A stretch of DNA of 30,990 nucleotides from a virus (Duplodnaviria > Caudoviricetes), in the IMG/VR virus record IMGVR_UViG_3300048902_000256, positions 1 to 30,990 of that record. The stretch is one strand, 5' to 3'. The notes beneath the pieces are model-generated. The model worked only from the letters and a program-made list of their open reading frames with translations, ran no database searches and was not told where the DNA came from. Made by a program: the position numbers and the translations under genes. This document shows, piece after piece, positions 7,515 to 16,369 of this stretch; positions within the stretch are counted from its first letter, which is position 1; the number at the start of each line of letters is the position of its first letter.

Positions 7515-8344
7515 CCGGCCCTGTCTGGGACGGCACCGGCGTTGACCCATGGCTGCCGCAGCGGCTGGCCGCGCTCGACGACCTGGCCCGTACGGAGCGC
7601 GACATCCGCCGGTCGGTGTGGGCCGCGCTGTCCGACTGGCTGATCCAGGCCGCGCGCCGGGTGCTGCGAGGTGACACCCGGATGCCGGACGTGGATGCGC
7701 TGCACGCCCTCGCTCCCCTCTGGCGGGAGTCGGTGAGCCACATCGTGCGGGGCGAGATCCAACAAGCGGTCGGTCTGGCGTACACGCGCCTGCTGGGTGA
7801 GGACTACCCGTACGAGCAACGGCCGTTCGTCACCCGCTACCTCAGCGAGGTGAACAACCGGCTGGTCCGCATCCCGGACGAGGTCTTCGATCTGGTGGCC
7901 GGTCAGGTCAGCCAGGGCGTGAATCTGGGCGAGGGCATCCCGCAACTCGCCAGCCGCGTTGACAACGTGCTGTCAAGCACGGAGTCGGAGCGCTGGCCGA
8001 ACCGCGCCGTGGTGATCGCCCGGACCGAGACGATCGGCGCGCTCAACGCCGGGCGCTTCGACGCCTTCCGGGCCGCCGACGAGGAGGAGGAGGAGACCGA
8101 GGAGCAGTTTGAGCAGATCTGGCTCGCCACCGACGACGCGCGGACCCGGCCCGACCACCGTGCCGCCGAAGGCCAGCGTGTGCCGGTGGGCCAGCCGTTC
8201 GTGGTCGGCGGCCATGAGCTCCGCTTCCCGGGTGACCCGCTCGGCCCGCCGGACCAGGTGATTCAGTGCCGCTGTGTCGCGCTGCTGGTGGAGCAGGGCG
8301 AGGACGTCGATATGAGCGACCGGCAGAGCCGGGGGGACCGATGA
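7511..8344 (+). CDS. MuF-like minor head (head morphogenesis) protein
   Basis: IARTETIGALN, WLATDDARTRPDH, PF.VGG..LRFPGDP, IQCRC motifs. Confidence 0.9.
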   Translation: MTGPVWDGTGVDPWLPQRLAALDDLARTERDIRRSVWAALSDWLIQAARRVLRGDTRMPDVDALHALAPLWRESVSHIVRGEIQQAVGLAYTRLLGEDYPYEQRPFVTRYLSEVNNRLVRIPDEVFDLVAGQVSQGVNLGEGIPQLASRVDNVLSSTESERWPNRAVVIARTETIGALNAGRFDAFRAADEEEEETEEQFEQIWLATDDARTRPDHRAAEGQRVPVGQPFVVGGHELRFPGDPLGPPDQVIQCRCVALLVEQGEDVDMSDRQSRGDR

Positions 8345-8356
8345 GCGGTCCCCCCG
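8330..8356. terminator. Hairpin between convergent genes (GGGGGGAC family)
   Basis: CGGGGGGACCG/CGGTCCCCCCG 11-bp stem. Confidence 0.6.
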
Positions 8357-8361
8357 TCCGG

Positions 8362-8601
8362 TCAGTGCCGGTCGTCCCGGCCGTTGGTGATGCCCTGGGC
8401 CAGTGCGTGCTCCAGACCGGCCAGGCCGTCCCGGATCACGGCGGTGAAGCCCTTGTGCGCTCCGACGCCGTAGTAGTGCGCGAATCCCCGGACCAGCTCG
8501 GCCTTGCCGATCAGCTGGCCGCTCGGGTCGGTGACCGGGGTCTGACCGCCGAGCGAGCGGCCGAAGGTGACGATCGGGGCGGTGGCGGAGAGAACGCGCA
8601 T
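8362..8601 (-). CDS. Hypothetical accessory protein (MRVLSATAP...)
   Basis: GAGGAG RBS and own promoter at 8642-8670. Confidence 0.75.
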   Translation of the reverse strand: MRVLSATAPIVTFGRSLGGQTPVTDPSGQLIGKAELVRGFAHYYGVGAHKGFTAVIRDGLAGLEHALAQGITNGRDDRH

Positions 8602-8641
8602 CGTGGGCTCCTCAGTTCGTTGCTTCAACCTGACAAGAACT

Positions 8642-8670
8642 ACATTACAGCCTTGACTGTTAAGTGTCAA
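8642..8670 (-). promoter_or_regulatory. sigma70-type promoter TTGACA-N17-TAATGT with TGAC-N8-GTCA site
   Basis: Consensus -35; palindrome at 8654-8669 covers the -35. Confidence 0.85.
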
Positions 8671-8717
8671 CACCGGTCTTCCGGTCGATCCGGTAACCTG
8701 AGCATGAGGGGGAAGTC

Positions 8718-10154
8718 ATGGGTACGAAGTTCCGCACCATGCTCGCGCCGATCGGCCTGAGCACCGGAGACGGCCGCCGCTTCCAGTCGGGCGCCATCAC
8801 GCTCGCTGACGTGCCGTTCCCGTTCGAGTGGGCGCGCTCGCGCGAGGGCGGCCACGACGGCGCCGTCGTCGTCGGCGTGGTCCAGTCGGCTCAGGTCGCG
8901 ACCGTGAAGGACGCGGTAGCCGCCGGGCTGATCTCGGCTGAGGCCGCCAAGGGGATGGATTCCAAGCTGGAGGCCGTCTGGGCGACCGGCGAGATGTTCG
9001 ACGACGCGTCCCGCGAGGAGATGCCCCGGCTGGCCGAGGACGTCGCGGAGGCCATGCACCTGATGACCGGCGGCACGCTCGGTCCCTCGGTCGACCTCGA
9101 TTCGTTCGAGGGCGTCCCGGTGATGGAGGGCTCCGACGAGCCGATCACCTGGGAGGACATCGAGGCGCACTACGAGGAGCACGGCGAGGAGCCCAAGGTC
9201 GAGCTGCTGGTGACCGCTGGCCGGGTGCGCGCGGCCACCCTGGTCAGCATCCCGGCCTTCGCGGAGACCTCCCGGCCGCTGGAGCTGGTCACGGAGACGG
9301 CCGCTGAGGGGGAGGCCGCCGCCGAGACCGCCGACCTGGCGTCGCTCATCGCGAGCGTGGCGACCGCCGCCCGGCCGCTGGTCGACGCCTTCGCCCTCCC
9401 CTCGCTGGCCGGGCCGACCCCGATCACGTTCGACTGGGAGACCGGCCGCGTGTTCGGGCACATCGCGACCTGGCAGACCTGCCACGTCGGCTACTCGGAC
9501 GTCTGCGTCACCGCGCCCCGCGACGAAGCCGGGGGCGGCTACGCCTGGTTCAACCGGTTCCCGGTCGAGACCGAGGACGGCGGCACCGTCTGGGCGGGCC
9601 GGATCACCGTCGGCGGCCGTCACCCCGGGCTGAACCTCACGGCGGCGGCCACGATGGGCCAGTACGACACCAAGACGGTGGCGGCTCACGTGCGCGCCTA
9701 CGAGGACGCACACGGCATCGTGGTGGCCGGTGTCATCGAGCTGGCCGCCGACGCGCCCGAGCGCGCCGCGCTCGACCGGCGCAAGGTGTCCGGCGACTGG
9801 CGCGAGACGCCGGGCGGGCTCAGCCTGGTCGAGGTGCTCGCCCTCTCCCCCGGACCTCGGGCGCACGCGGAGCCGGGCTTCCCGGTGCCGGGTACATTCA
9901 GCGTGAACGGCCGTCAGACGGCCCTCACGGCGTCGCTGGGGCCGGACCCGGAGCAAGGCCGGGCCCAGCCTGTTTCGATCGCCAGCATGGATATCGCGGG
10001 CGCTGTCCGGGCCGCGCTGGCCGAGGACCGCCGGGCGGAGGCGGCGCGCGTCGCGCTGGCCGCCGACCTGGAGCCTTTCCTGGAGGCCCAGAAGATCACG
10101 ACTGACGAGACGCGTGCGGCCCTGGCCGCCGCGCTGCTCAGGATGGGGAGCTGA
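8718..10154 (+). CDS. Capsid maturation protease
   Basis: TGDGRRF, GHDGAVVVG, RVRAATLVSIPAF, GRVFGHIATWQTCH, SGDWR motifs seen in actinophage head proteases; position. Confidence 0.8.
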   Translation: MGTKFRTMLAPIGLSTGDGRRFQSGAITLADVPFPFEWARSREGGHDGAVVVGVVQSAQVATVKDAVAAGLISAEAAKGMDSKLEAVWATGEMFDDASREEMPRLAEDVAEAMHLMTGGTLGPSVDLDSFEGVPVMEGSDEPITWEDIEAHYEEHGEEPKVELLVTAGRVRAATLVSIPAFAETSRPLELVTETAAEGEAAAETADLASLIASVATAARPLVDAFALPSLAGPTPITFDWETGRVFGHIATWQTCHVGYSDVCVTAPRDEAGGGYAWFNRFPVETEDGGTVWAGRITVGGRHPGLNLTAAATMGQYDTKTVAAHVRAYEDAHGIVVAGVIELAADAPERAALDRRKVSGDWRETPGGLSLVEVLALSPGPRAHAEPGFPVPGTFSVNGRQTALTASLGPDPEQGRAQPVSIASMDIAGAVRAALAEDRRAEAARVALAADLEPFLEAQKITTDETRAALAAALLRMGS

Positions 10155-10157
10155 GAC

Positions 10158-10301
10158 ATGGCGTGTGCCTGCCGCAAGAACAAGACCGGCTTCAAGGTGA
10201 AGCTGCCTGGGGGCCTGACCGTGACCAAGACGACCGAGGCCGCCGCGCTGGCGTTCGCTGCCAAGCACCCCGGCGCCACGGTGGTGAAGCCAGCCGCCTA
10301 G
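10158..10301 (+). CDS. Small 47-aa head-module protein (MACACRKNK...)
   Basis: GGATGGGGAG RBS; MxCxC start typical of small genes beside this protease type. Confidence 0.7.
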   Translation: MACACRKNKTGFKVKLPGGLTVTKTTEAAALAFAAKHPGATVVKPAA

Positions 10302-10336
10302 TGCGGCCACCTGGGGCTGGTTCCTCAGGATGCGGA

Positions 10337-10365
10337 GAAGCCCCCGGCCACTGGCCGGGGGCTTC
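10337..10365. terminator. Bidirectional terminator-like palindrome
   Basis: GAAGCCCCCGGCCA-C-TGGCCGGGGGCTTC between convergent genes. Confidence 0.75.
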
Positions 10366-10377
10366 CGTGTCGCTGGA

Positions 10378-10563
10378 TCAGGTGTAGTTGGGGTTTCCCT
10401 TGCCGGTGGACCGATGGGACTTGTCCATCTTCCGGTCGTCGACCTCCCCGTCCTGACCTCGCTTCGCTCGGGCTTGCTTGTCGAACCGGTTCTCGACCTT
10501 CTGGGTGTGGTCCTCCAGCCGGTTGCGGCTGATGTCCAGCTTCTTGTCCTCGTCGCGTGCCAT
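10378..10563 (-). CDS. Small highly charged protein
   Basis: ATG 6 nt after the -10 box (leaderless, or GGAGGA RBS). Confidence 0.75.
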   Translation of the reverse strand: MARDEDKKLDISRNRLEDHTQKVENRFDKQARAKRGQDGEVDDRKMDKSHRSTGKGNPNYT

Positions 10564-10569
10564 TCCTCC

Positions 10570-10598
10570 ACCTTACAGGGGTGACGGTGAGGTATCAA
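10570..10598 (-). promoter_or_regulatory. sigma70-type promoter TTGATA-N17-TAAGGT
   Basis: Same family as the other accessory promoters. Confidence 0.75.
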
Positions 10599-10807
10599 CT
10601 CACAGGCGGGATGCATGGGACAAACACACATCCGGCCTCCCGGCCGCCGCACGTCCCGGCTCGGTGGGCCTCGCGGGTCTGGTCGGCCCAGTCCCGGAGC
10701 GCCTGGTCGTCCCGATCGACCTGCTCCGCACTGGCCTTGCGGCGCATACTTCGCTGATCGATATACAGCCACTCCAGACGCACGTACGCCCAACTCGGGA
10801 GCCTCAT
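10595..10807 (-). CDS. Hypothetical 70-aa protein (MRLPSWAYVRL...)
   Basis: ATGA overlap in an antisense operon. Confidence 0.6.
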   Translation of the reverse strand: MRLPSWAYVRLEWLYIDQRSMRRKASAEQVDRDDQALRDWADQTREAHRAGTCGGREAGCVFVPCIPPVS

Positions 10808-11124
10808 GATTGGGCCACGTCGGACGTGCGGCGGACATCGCGCTGGAGCCACCGATACGTGGGGTTCCAGACGTAACGCTCCTCCAGGCGCTCGCACCCG
10901 AGTACCGGCGACCACTCGAACGGCACGTGCCGCCAGCCGCTCAGCAGGTAGTCGGGAATCGAGGTTGTAGTGCCGGGGTTGCCCCCGAACTGCTCCAGCG
11001 AGATATTGATCCCGCGCCAGCACGGGGAATCCCAGCGCGAGTCCCTTTCGACCCGACCGGTGACCCGCATCGCGTTCGACCCGTTGGTGATGGTCGAGCC
11101 GATCTGAACCTCTTCGGTCTTCAC
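10804..11124 (-). CDS. Hypothetical protein (MKTEEVQIG...)
   Basis: AGAGGG RBS, GTGA overlap, high GC3. Confidence 0.7.
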   Translation of the reverse strand: MKTEEVQIGSTITNGSNAMRVTGRVERDSRWDSPCWRGINISLEQFGGNPGTTTSIPDYLLSGWRHVPFEWSPVLGCERLEERYVWNPTYRWLQRDVRRTSDVAQS

Positions 11125-11234
11125 GTTTGAGCCCTCTTTCTGCACAGTCGCGAGTGCGTGCCGTAGCCGATGTGGCACATCGAGCAACAGGTACGCCCTC
11201 GCTTATCGGTCCGCCGCTCGCAGCGGCAGGTCAT
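11121..11234 (-). CDS. 37-aa Cys/His-rich peptide (MTCRCERR...CCSMCH...H...C)
   Basis: Start and stop overlap both neighbours by 4 bp. Confidence 0.55.
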   Translation of the reverse strand: MTCRCERRTDKRGRTCCSMCHIGYGTHSRLCRKRAQT

Positions 11235-11512
11235 GCGTCCACGATCGGCAGGTGCACCCAGACCCAGCCGTCAGCCGGGATGGGCACGGTCTCCGTGTTC
11301 TGGCCGGTGACCAGGCCGAGACGCCACTGACGCCATTCCTTCGGCTCCACCGCCTTGCCGTCCACTTGCTCCACGATCACGTGCTCCGTCACGGCGCCGA
11401 GCCAGCGCGAGGGCCGGGGGCCGTCGGCGCCGATCGGGGAGGACACGAGCATGTCCCCGATGGCGACGAGCGCCGCGCTGACCCGGGCGGGGCGGATCTC
11501 CAGTACTTCCAC
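11231..11512 (-). CDS. Hypothetical protein (MEVLEIRPAR...)
   Basis: GTG after GGGGAG RBS. Confidence 0.7.
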   Translation of the reverse strand: MEVLEIRPARVSAALVAIGDMLVSSPIGADGPRPSRWLGAVTEHVIVEQVDGKAVEPKEWRQWRLGLVTGQNTETVPIPADGWVWVHLPIVDA

Positions 11513-11532
11513 TTCTTGCTCCCCTACGTAGG

Positions 11533-11564
11533 GGTGGGGGGACCTTCTTGCGAGTCCCCCCACC
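11533..11564. repeat. GGTGGGGGGAC-N10-GTCCCCCCACC inverted repeat
   Basis: 11-bp arms identical to those at 2402-2433, with a different spacer; intergenic. Confidence 0.7.
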
Positions 11565-11574
11565 GGCTGTTTCT

Positions 11575-12234
11575 CTAACGGTTGGCGCAGGTCGGGCCGA
11601 TACCGGCGGCCCGGCTGGTCTCGTCCGTGAGCGTGCGTCCACAGTGCCCGCACCGGCCGAGCTCCTGGCCGTATCGGATCATCGCGGCCTTCGCGTCGAT
11701 GGCGATCAGGGCGAGCACCTGGCGGATCGTGCCCAGGTTGCGGATGGAGTGCCAGTCGTCGCTGGCCTGGACGTCCAGGAACACGAAGCCCGGACGGCGG
11801 CCGTTAGTGACCTTGTAGAACTTGAGCGTGCCCTCGTGCTCGACCGCGTACCGGCCGTCGGCCACCTGGACCGAGGTGGTCTTGCGGGCCGCCTCGGTCA
11901 GCTCCCGCGACTTCTTGATCAGGTTGCCGATCCAGCGGCTCGTGTTCTCTCGGGTCCAGGCGCTGTTGCGGTCCATCGCCGTCGTGTAGCTTCCGGCCTT
12001 GCTCCCCAGCTCGGCGTCCAGGGCGTGCACCTCCAGGATCAGCTTGCAGATCAGGTCCACCTGGGCCGGGCTCGGTGTGTAGGCCGCCGGGGCCGTCTCC
12101 GGCTCGGTCTCCGGGATGCTGTTCAGCAGATCGTCGTCCAGGTCGGCCGGGAGGCCCTTGGCCGCTTCGTGGAAGGTCATCAGGAAGTTAGCCGTGTGGG
12201 GGTTCCTCCGGTAGTTGCGCTCGATGGTCTTCAT
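11575..12234 (-). CDS. DUF6011-like zinc-finger protein
   Basis: C-terminal CGHCGRTLTDETSRAAGIGPTC signature. Confidence 0.85.
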   Translation of the reverse strand: MKTIERNYRRNPHTANFLMTFHEAAKGLPADLDDDLLNSIPETEPETAPAAYTPSPAQVDLICKLILEVHALDAELGSKAGSYTTAMDRNSAWTRENTSRWIGNLIKKSRELTEAARKTTSVQVADGRYAVEHEGTLKFYKVTNGRRPGFVFLDVQASDDWHSIRNLGTIRQVLALIAIDAKAAMIRYGQELGRCGHCGRTLTDETSRAAGIGPTCANR

Positions 12235-12273
12235 CGGTGGTGTCCCTTCGTCCTGGCCTCGCTGACAGGAACT

Positions 12274-12302
12274 ACATTACAGGCATGACGGGGAAGTGTC
12301 AA
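12274..12302 (-). promoter_or_regulatory. sigma70-type promoter TTGACA-N17-TAATGT with TGAC-N8-GTCA site
   Basis: Consensus -35; shares downstream AGTTC.TGTCAG with the 8642 promoter. Confidence 0.85.
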
Positions 12303-12435
12303 CACGGGTCTGTCCGGACATCTGGGCTGGCGTGGCCGCGCCGGTGCTAGGCTGGCGCTTGACATACCAGCGTCAGGTCTTGGTCCGGCTGGAGGTCGAT
12401 CAGGCATTCCAGACCGACTCGAAGGCAGGCACCAG

Positions 12436-14133
12436 ATGCCGTACGCATTCCCGTTCGAGGTCCCGACCGACCTCGCCGCGCTCAGCGCGGATGAACTCGC
12501 CGCGCTCGCATCCCAGGTCCGGGCGCACGCTCAGACCGTGGTGGCCGACGAGACGGCCCCGGCCGAGGCTCTCACCTCGACCCGCGACCTCTTCTCCAGC
12601 GTCACCGCCGAGGAGACCCGCCGGACCGAGGCCGCCGCAGCCGCGACCGCTGCCCGCGCCGAGCTCTCCGCCGGTCTGCTCCCCCCGACCGAGCCCACCC
12701 CGGAGCCGACCCCCGCACCCACCCCGGTCCCGGCTCCCGAGCCCACTGGCGCGCCGACCATCCCGGCCGCCGTTCCCGCGAGCACCATCGACCCGACTCC
12801 GGTCCAGCCCCAGCCGGTCTACGCCTCGATGACCGCGTCCAGCGACGCACCCGGCGCCGGGGGCGAGCTCGCCAGCTTCTCCGAGGCCGGTCGCCTGATC
12901 GAGCGGCGTCTCGCCGGTTACTCGACCAGCAACCGCAAGGGCGGCAACGTCCGTCGGGTGGGCGACTCCAACCGGTTCGTCATCGGCGGCCGCAGCCTCA
13001 GCCGTCACGGCAACGTCCAGTTCACCCGTCAGTTCCCGGAGAACCTCCGGATCACCGACGGCAAGGACCCGCTGGCGGTCCTGGACTACGCCGCGTCGGA
13101 GAGCCGCCTGGACGGTGGCTCCCTGATCATGGCCATGCAGAACCAGGTCAAGGCGGGCAAGTCCCTGACCGCCGCCGTCGGATGGTGTGCACCGTCCGAG
13201 ACGATCTACGACCTCTGCGCGCTGGAGACCCTGGACGGGATGCTGGACATCCCCGAGGTCCAGGCCACCCGGGGCGGCTTCTTCGTCCCCGAGAACGGCG
13301 GCCCGAACTTCGGCTCGATCTATGACTCCATCGGGGACGACGGTGACGTCATCCTGACCGAGTACGACGTCGAGAACGGTGTCGAGAAGGTCTGTGTCGA
13401 GATCCCGTGCCCCGACTTCGTCGAGGTCCGTCTCGATGTCGCGTACATCTGCATCACCGGCTCGCTGCTCCAGCGCCGGGGCTACCCCGAGGCCGTCACC
13501 CGCTTCTCCCAGGGTGCGATGGTGGCGCTGGCCCACAAGGTCAACGAGTCGGTCATCGCGCGGATCGTCGCCGGTTCCGGCGCCCCGGTCGTCATCGCGG
13601 CGGACACCTCCGGCGACGACGCGGTCAGCGCGCTGCTCTCGGCCGTGGAGCTGGCGATCGAGGACATGAAGTACCGCAACCGGATGGGCCGCTCGGCCAC
13701 CATCGAGGTCGTGCTCCCCGCCTGGGTGATCGCCCCGATGCGCGCGGCGCTGTCGCGCCGGACCGGCGTGGCCGAGTACAACGTCTCGGACGCCGACATC
13801 CTGGCCGCCTTCACTACCCGGCACGCGGTCCCGCGCTTCGTCTACGACTGGCAGGACGCGTACTCCGGCCTTTCCGGCGGCCCCGGCGCCCAGACCGCCA
13901 TCACGGCGTTCCCGACCACCGTGCAGTTCCTGGTCTACCCGGCCGGGACCTGGGTCAAGCCGGTCCGCGACGTGGTCAACCTGGACACCGTCTACGACAA
14001 CGCGCTGCTCACCCAGAACCAGTACACCGCGCTCTTCGCGGAGGACGGTTTCAACGTCCTCAAGATGTGCGCCGACTCGCGTCTCTACCAGGTGCCGATC
14101 GACGTCTCCGGCGTCACCGGCTGCTGCCCGTAA
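12436..14133 (+). CDS. Major capsid (hexamer) protein with N-terminal scaffold-like extension
   Basis: SLTAAVGWCAPSETIYD, LQRRGYPE, LFAEDG motifs of cluster B-like capsid proteins; helical N-terminus and Pro/Thr linker. Confidence 0.92.
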   Translation: MPYAFPFEVPTDLAALSADELAALASQVRAHAQTVVADETAPAEALTSTRDLFSSVTAEETRRTEAAAAATAARAELSAGLLPPTEPTPEPTPAPTPVPAPEPTGAPTIPAAVPASTIDPTPVQPQPVYASMTASSDAPGAGGELASFSEAGRLIERRLAGYSTSNRKGGNVRRVGDSNRFVIGGRSLSRHGNVQFTRQFPENLRITDGKDPLAVLDYAASESRLDGGSLIMAMQNQVKAGKSLTAAVGWCAPSETIYDLCALETLDGMLDIPEVQATRGGFFVPENGGPNFGSIYDSIGDDGDVILTEYDVENGVEKVCVEIPCPDFVEVRLDVAYICITGSLLQRRGYPEAVTRFSQGAMVALAHKVNESVIARIVAGSGAPVVIAADTSGDDAVSALLSAVELAIEDMKYRNRMGRSATIEVVLPAWVIAPMRAALSRRTGVAEYNVSDADILAAFTTRHAVPRFVYDWQDAYSGLSGGPGAQTAITAFPTTVQFLVYPAGTWVKPVRDVVNLDTVYDNALLTQNQYTALFAEDGFNVLKMCADSRLYQVPIDVSGVTGCCP

Positions 14134-14146
14134 CCCACCTCGCGCC

Positions 14147-14195
14147 AGCGGCCGGGCCTGATGAGACCCCTCTCGCGGGAAAAGGCCCGGCCGCT
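14147..14195 (+). terminator. Hairpin after capsid gene (attenuator or mRNA-stability element)
   Basis: 13-bp stem AGCGGCCGGGCCT/AGGCCCGGCCGCT. Confidence 0.55.
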
Positions 14196-14225
14196 CGGCA
14201 CTCTCACCTGAGGAGGTGAACACGG

Positions 14226-15038
14226 ATGGCATTGATTCCTGGAATGGTCGTCCCCGCGCCGGAAGGACTCCGGCGGCGCTACGGCCTGTTCGACGCGGCA
14301 TCGGGCCCGCTCGACCTCCCCGCTCATGGGGAGGGCGGCGGAGTCCGCTACACGCCGGTGACATGCGGCGGCGCCTACCCGCTCGGCGTCACTTGTTACG
14401 ACCCAGGCGACGCTCCGACCAAACCGCTCGATCCCGGCAACGACGAGGTCAGCACCGGTGTCTTCGTCGTGCTGGCGACGCTGAACTGTGGCGCCGTCGG
14501 CTACACCCGGCCCGAGTACGACGCGCAGGTCCGGCGTCGGCTGGAGAGCTCGGAGCAGGCTGTCGTGGAGGCGGCCTTCTGGACCGGACTCGACTTCGAG
14601 GCCACCCCGCTGGGGATTCTGAACCTCAACGCCGAGGCTCAGGACATCGGCGGCAGCTACGACCCCGGGCTGATCACTGACGTGGTCGGTGCCCTGGAGC
14701 GGTACGCCTACACGACCGAGGGCTACGGCTTCCAGGCGTACATCCATGCGCCGATCGAGGTCGCGGCCTTCGCGGCTGAGGCCGGTCTGATCCTGGCCGA
14801 CGGCAACCGCAAGATCACGCCGATGGGCTCGATCTGGTCCTTCGGTGCCTACCCGGCCGGGTCGGTCATCGTCACAGGCCAGACGACGGTCTGGAGAGCT
14901 GCTGAGGCTCAGGTCTACAGCGCGTTCGAGAATGCTACGAACGAGGTCACGATGGTGGCTGAGCGCGCGTACTCGGTCGCATTCGATTGCTTCGCCGGTC
15001 GCGCCGAGTTCGATCCCCTGGAGGTAACGTCCCCATGA
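14226..15038 (+). CDS. Capsid pentamer / minor capsid protein
   Basis: 270 aa directly after the hexamer gene; YGLF, EQAVVEAAFW, TPMGS, NEVTMVAER motifs. Confidence 0.7.
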   Translation: MALIPGMVVPAPEGLRRRYGLFDAASGPLDLPAHGEGGGVRYTPVTCGGAYPLGVTCYDPGDAPTKPLDPGNDEVSTGVFVVLATLNCGAVGYTRPEYDAQVRRRLESSEQAVVEAAFWTGLDFEATPLGILNLNAEAQDIGGSYDPGLITDVVGALERYAYTTEGYGFQAYIHAPIEVAAFAAEAGLILADGNRKITPMGSIWSFGAYPAGSVIVTGQTTVWRAAEAQVYSAFENATNEVTMVAERAYSVAFDCFAGRAEFDPLEVTSP

Positions 15039-15727
15039 CCAACCTGCTGTGCGCCAAGCCGCTCCAGGGCGAGACCCTCCGGGTCACCCGCCTGGACGAG
15101 TGCGGTAACCCCGAGTTCGGGGAGTGCGCCTACGCGGTTTCCGACGGCTATGTCCAGGCCGTCCTGACCCCCAACACCGAGGACGGCGAGCGGTTCCTCC
15201 AGCGCAACGCCAACGGCCGGGCGATCGTGAATCAGCGATCCGCCCCCTCCCTCAACTGGTACGACGTGTCGATCCAGTTTCAGGAGGTGGACCCGGAGCT
15301 CTTCACGATCATCACCGGGCTCCAGCCGTACATGGACGACCAGGACAACGTGATCGGCTTCCCGGTGACGGAGTCGGACTTCGCCACGGCGAACTTCGCG
15401 CTGGAAATCTGGATGGGCAACGCCGAGGAAGAGTGCCTCCCCGGTGACCCGCTGCCGTTCTTCGGATACAACCTGCTGCCCTGGGTGGTGGAGGGTGCGC
15501 TGTCCGAGGACATCACCATCACCAACGACCTGATCACCTTCACGGTGGTCGGCCGGACCCGCAAGGGCACCCCCTGGGGTGTTGGTCCGTACGACGTCGT
15601 CCGGGACGCCGGGGGCGACCCGTCGCCGCTGTTCACGGCGATCCCGACCGACACGCACCACCTCCCGATCTGGAGCCAGCTGGCGCCGCCCGTGGCCGAG
15701 TGCGGTTGTCAGTCGCTGTCCAGCTGA
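15035..15727 (+). CDS. Major tail protein
   Basis: LRVTRLDECG, NANG, VDPELF, FALEIW, YNLLPW, PWGVGPYDV motifs. Confidence 0.85.
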   Translation: MTNLLCAKPLQGETLRVTRLDECGNPEFGECAYAVSDGYVQAVLTPNTEDGERFLQRNANGRAIVNQRSAPSLNWYDVSIQFQEVDPELFTIITGLQPYMDDQDNVIGFPVTESDFATANFALEIWMGNAEEECLPGDPLPFFGYNLLPWVVEGALSEDITITNDLITFTVVGRTRKGTPWGVGPYDVVRDAGGDPSPLFTAIPTDTHHLPIWSQLAPPVAECGCQSLSS

Positions 15728-15730
15728 CGT

Positions 15731-15759
15731 TGGACACCTCCCCGTCATTCCTGTAAGGT
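15731..15759 (+). promoter_or_regulatory. sigma70-type promoter TGGACA-N17-TAAGGT
   Basis: Spacer CCTCCCCGTCATTCCTG nearly identical to that of the 12274 promoter. Confidence 0.75.
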
Positions 15760-15765
15760 TAAGGG

Positions 15766-16146
15766 ATGGCGGGGAGGTCCCGTCTAGGAGGGACGAGCAT
15801 GGGGCTTTTCGGCGGTAAGAAGCAGAGCTACGAGGTGGGCGAGCTTCTCGCGATGAGCGACTCGGAGATCAACAAGCGGCTCAAGGGACACAAGGACGTC
15901 CCCTACCGGACCGCGAAAGAGCTCCGGAAGGCGGCCAAAAACGACCGCCGCGCGTTCGAGGGGGAGAAGGGCGTCGGCGCGCTGCTGGCCGGTCTCAAGG
16001 GCGGCGGCCGGAAGGGCTACGAAGTACCGAAGCACCCGGGCACCGGCGGCCGCAACTACGACCTGATCCCGCTCAAGGACAAGATGCACCCGGCTGCGTA
16101 CAAGCAGCTACTGGAGCGCGAGGCCAAGAAGCAGGGGCTGCTGTAG
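15766..16146 (+). CDS. Basic accessory protein
   Basis: Lys-rich ORF; start either leaderless 15766 or 15799 after AGGAGG. Confidence 0.75.
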   Translation: MAGRSRLGGTSMGLFGGKKQSYEVGELLAMSDSEINKRLKGHKDVPYRTAKELRKAAKNDRRAFEGEKGVGALLAGLKGGGRKGYEVPKHPGTGGRNYDLIPLKDKMHPAAYKQLLEREAKKQGLL

Positions 16147-16292
16147 TGCCGGACAAACGAGACCCCACCCGGCGCCCGGCCAAGTGCGGCCGGTGTAACG
16201 GCGGCGGAACGATCGTCGTCTGGCACAAGACGGTCAAGAAGTACGTGACGGTCCCGTGCCCTCGGTGCGGGGGTAGCGGCGAGCGGCAGTGA
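16146..16292 (+). CDS. 48-aa DnaJ-type zinc-finger microprotein
   Basis: CGRCNGGG...CPRCGGSG; GTG overlaps the upstream stop. Confidence 0.7.
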   Translation: MPDKRDPTRRPAKCGRCNGGGTIVVWHKTVKKYVTVPCPRCGGSGERQ

Positions 16293-16304
16293 CGAGCTGA
16301 TCAG

Positions 16305-16335
16305 AGGCACGGCGGGACTTCCCCGCCGTGCCTTT
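16305..16335 (+). terminator. Intrinsic terminator closing the accessory cassette
   Basis: 12-bp stem AGGCACGGCGGG/CCCGCCGTGCCT with short T tail. Confidence 0.65.
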
Positions 16336-16369
16336 CGCGTACGCTGGGAACCGACGACAGGAGGGCGCC

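Noticed and set aside
8667-10838. 723-aa minus-strand ORF (also 12400-14364, 22072-24552, 27531-29453)
   Set aside because: Antisense shadows of real high-GC genes; Arg/Gly-rich with no motifs
12680-12820. Pro/Thr/Glu repeats in the capsid gene
   Set aside because: Ordinary low-complexity linker between scaffold-like and capsid domains
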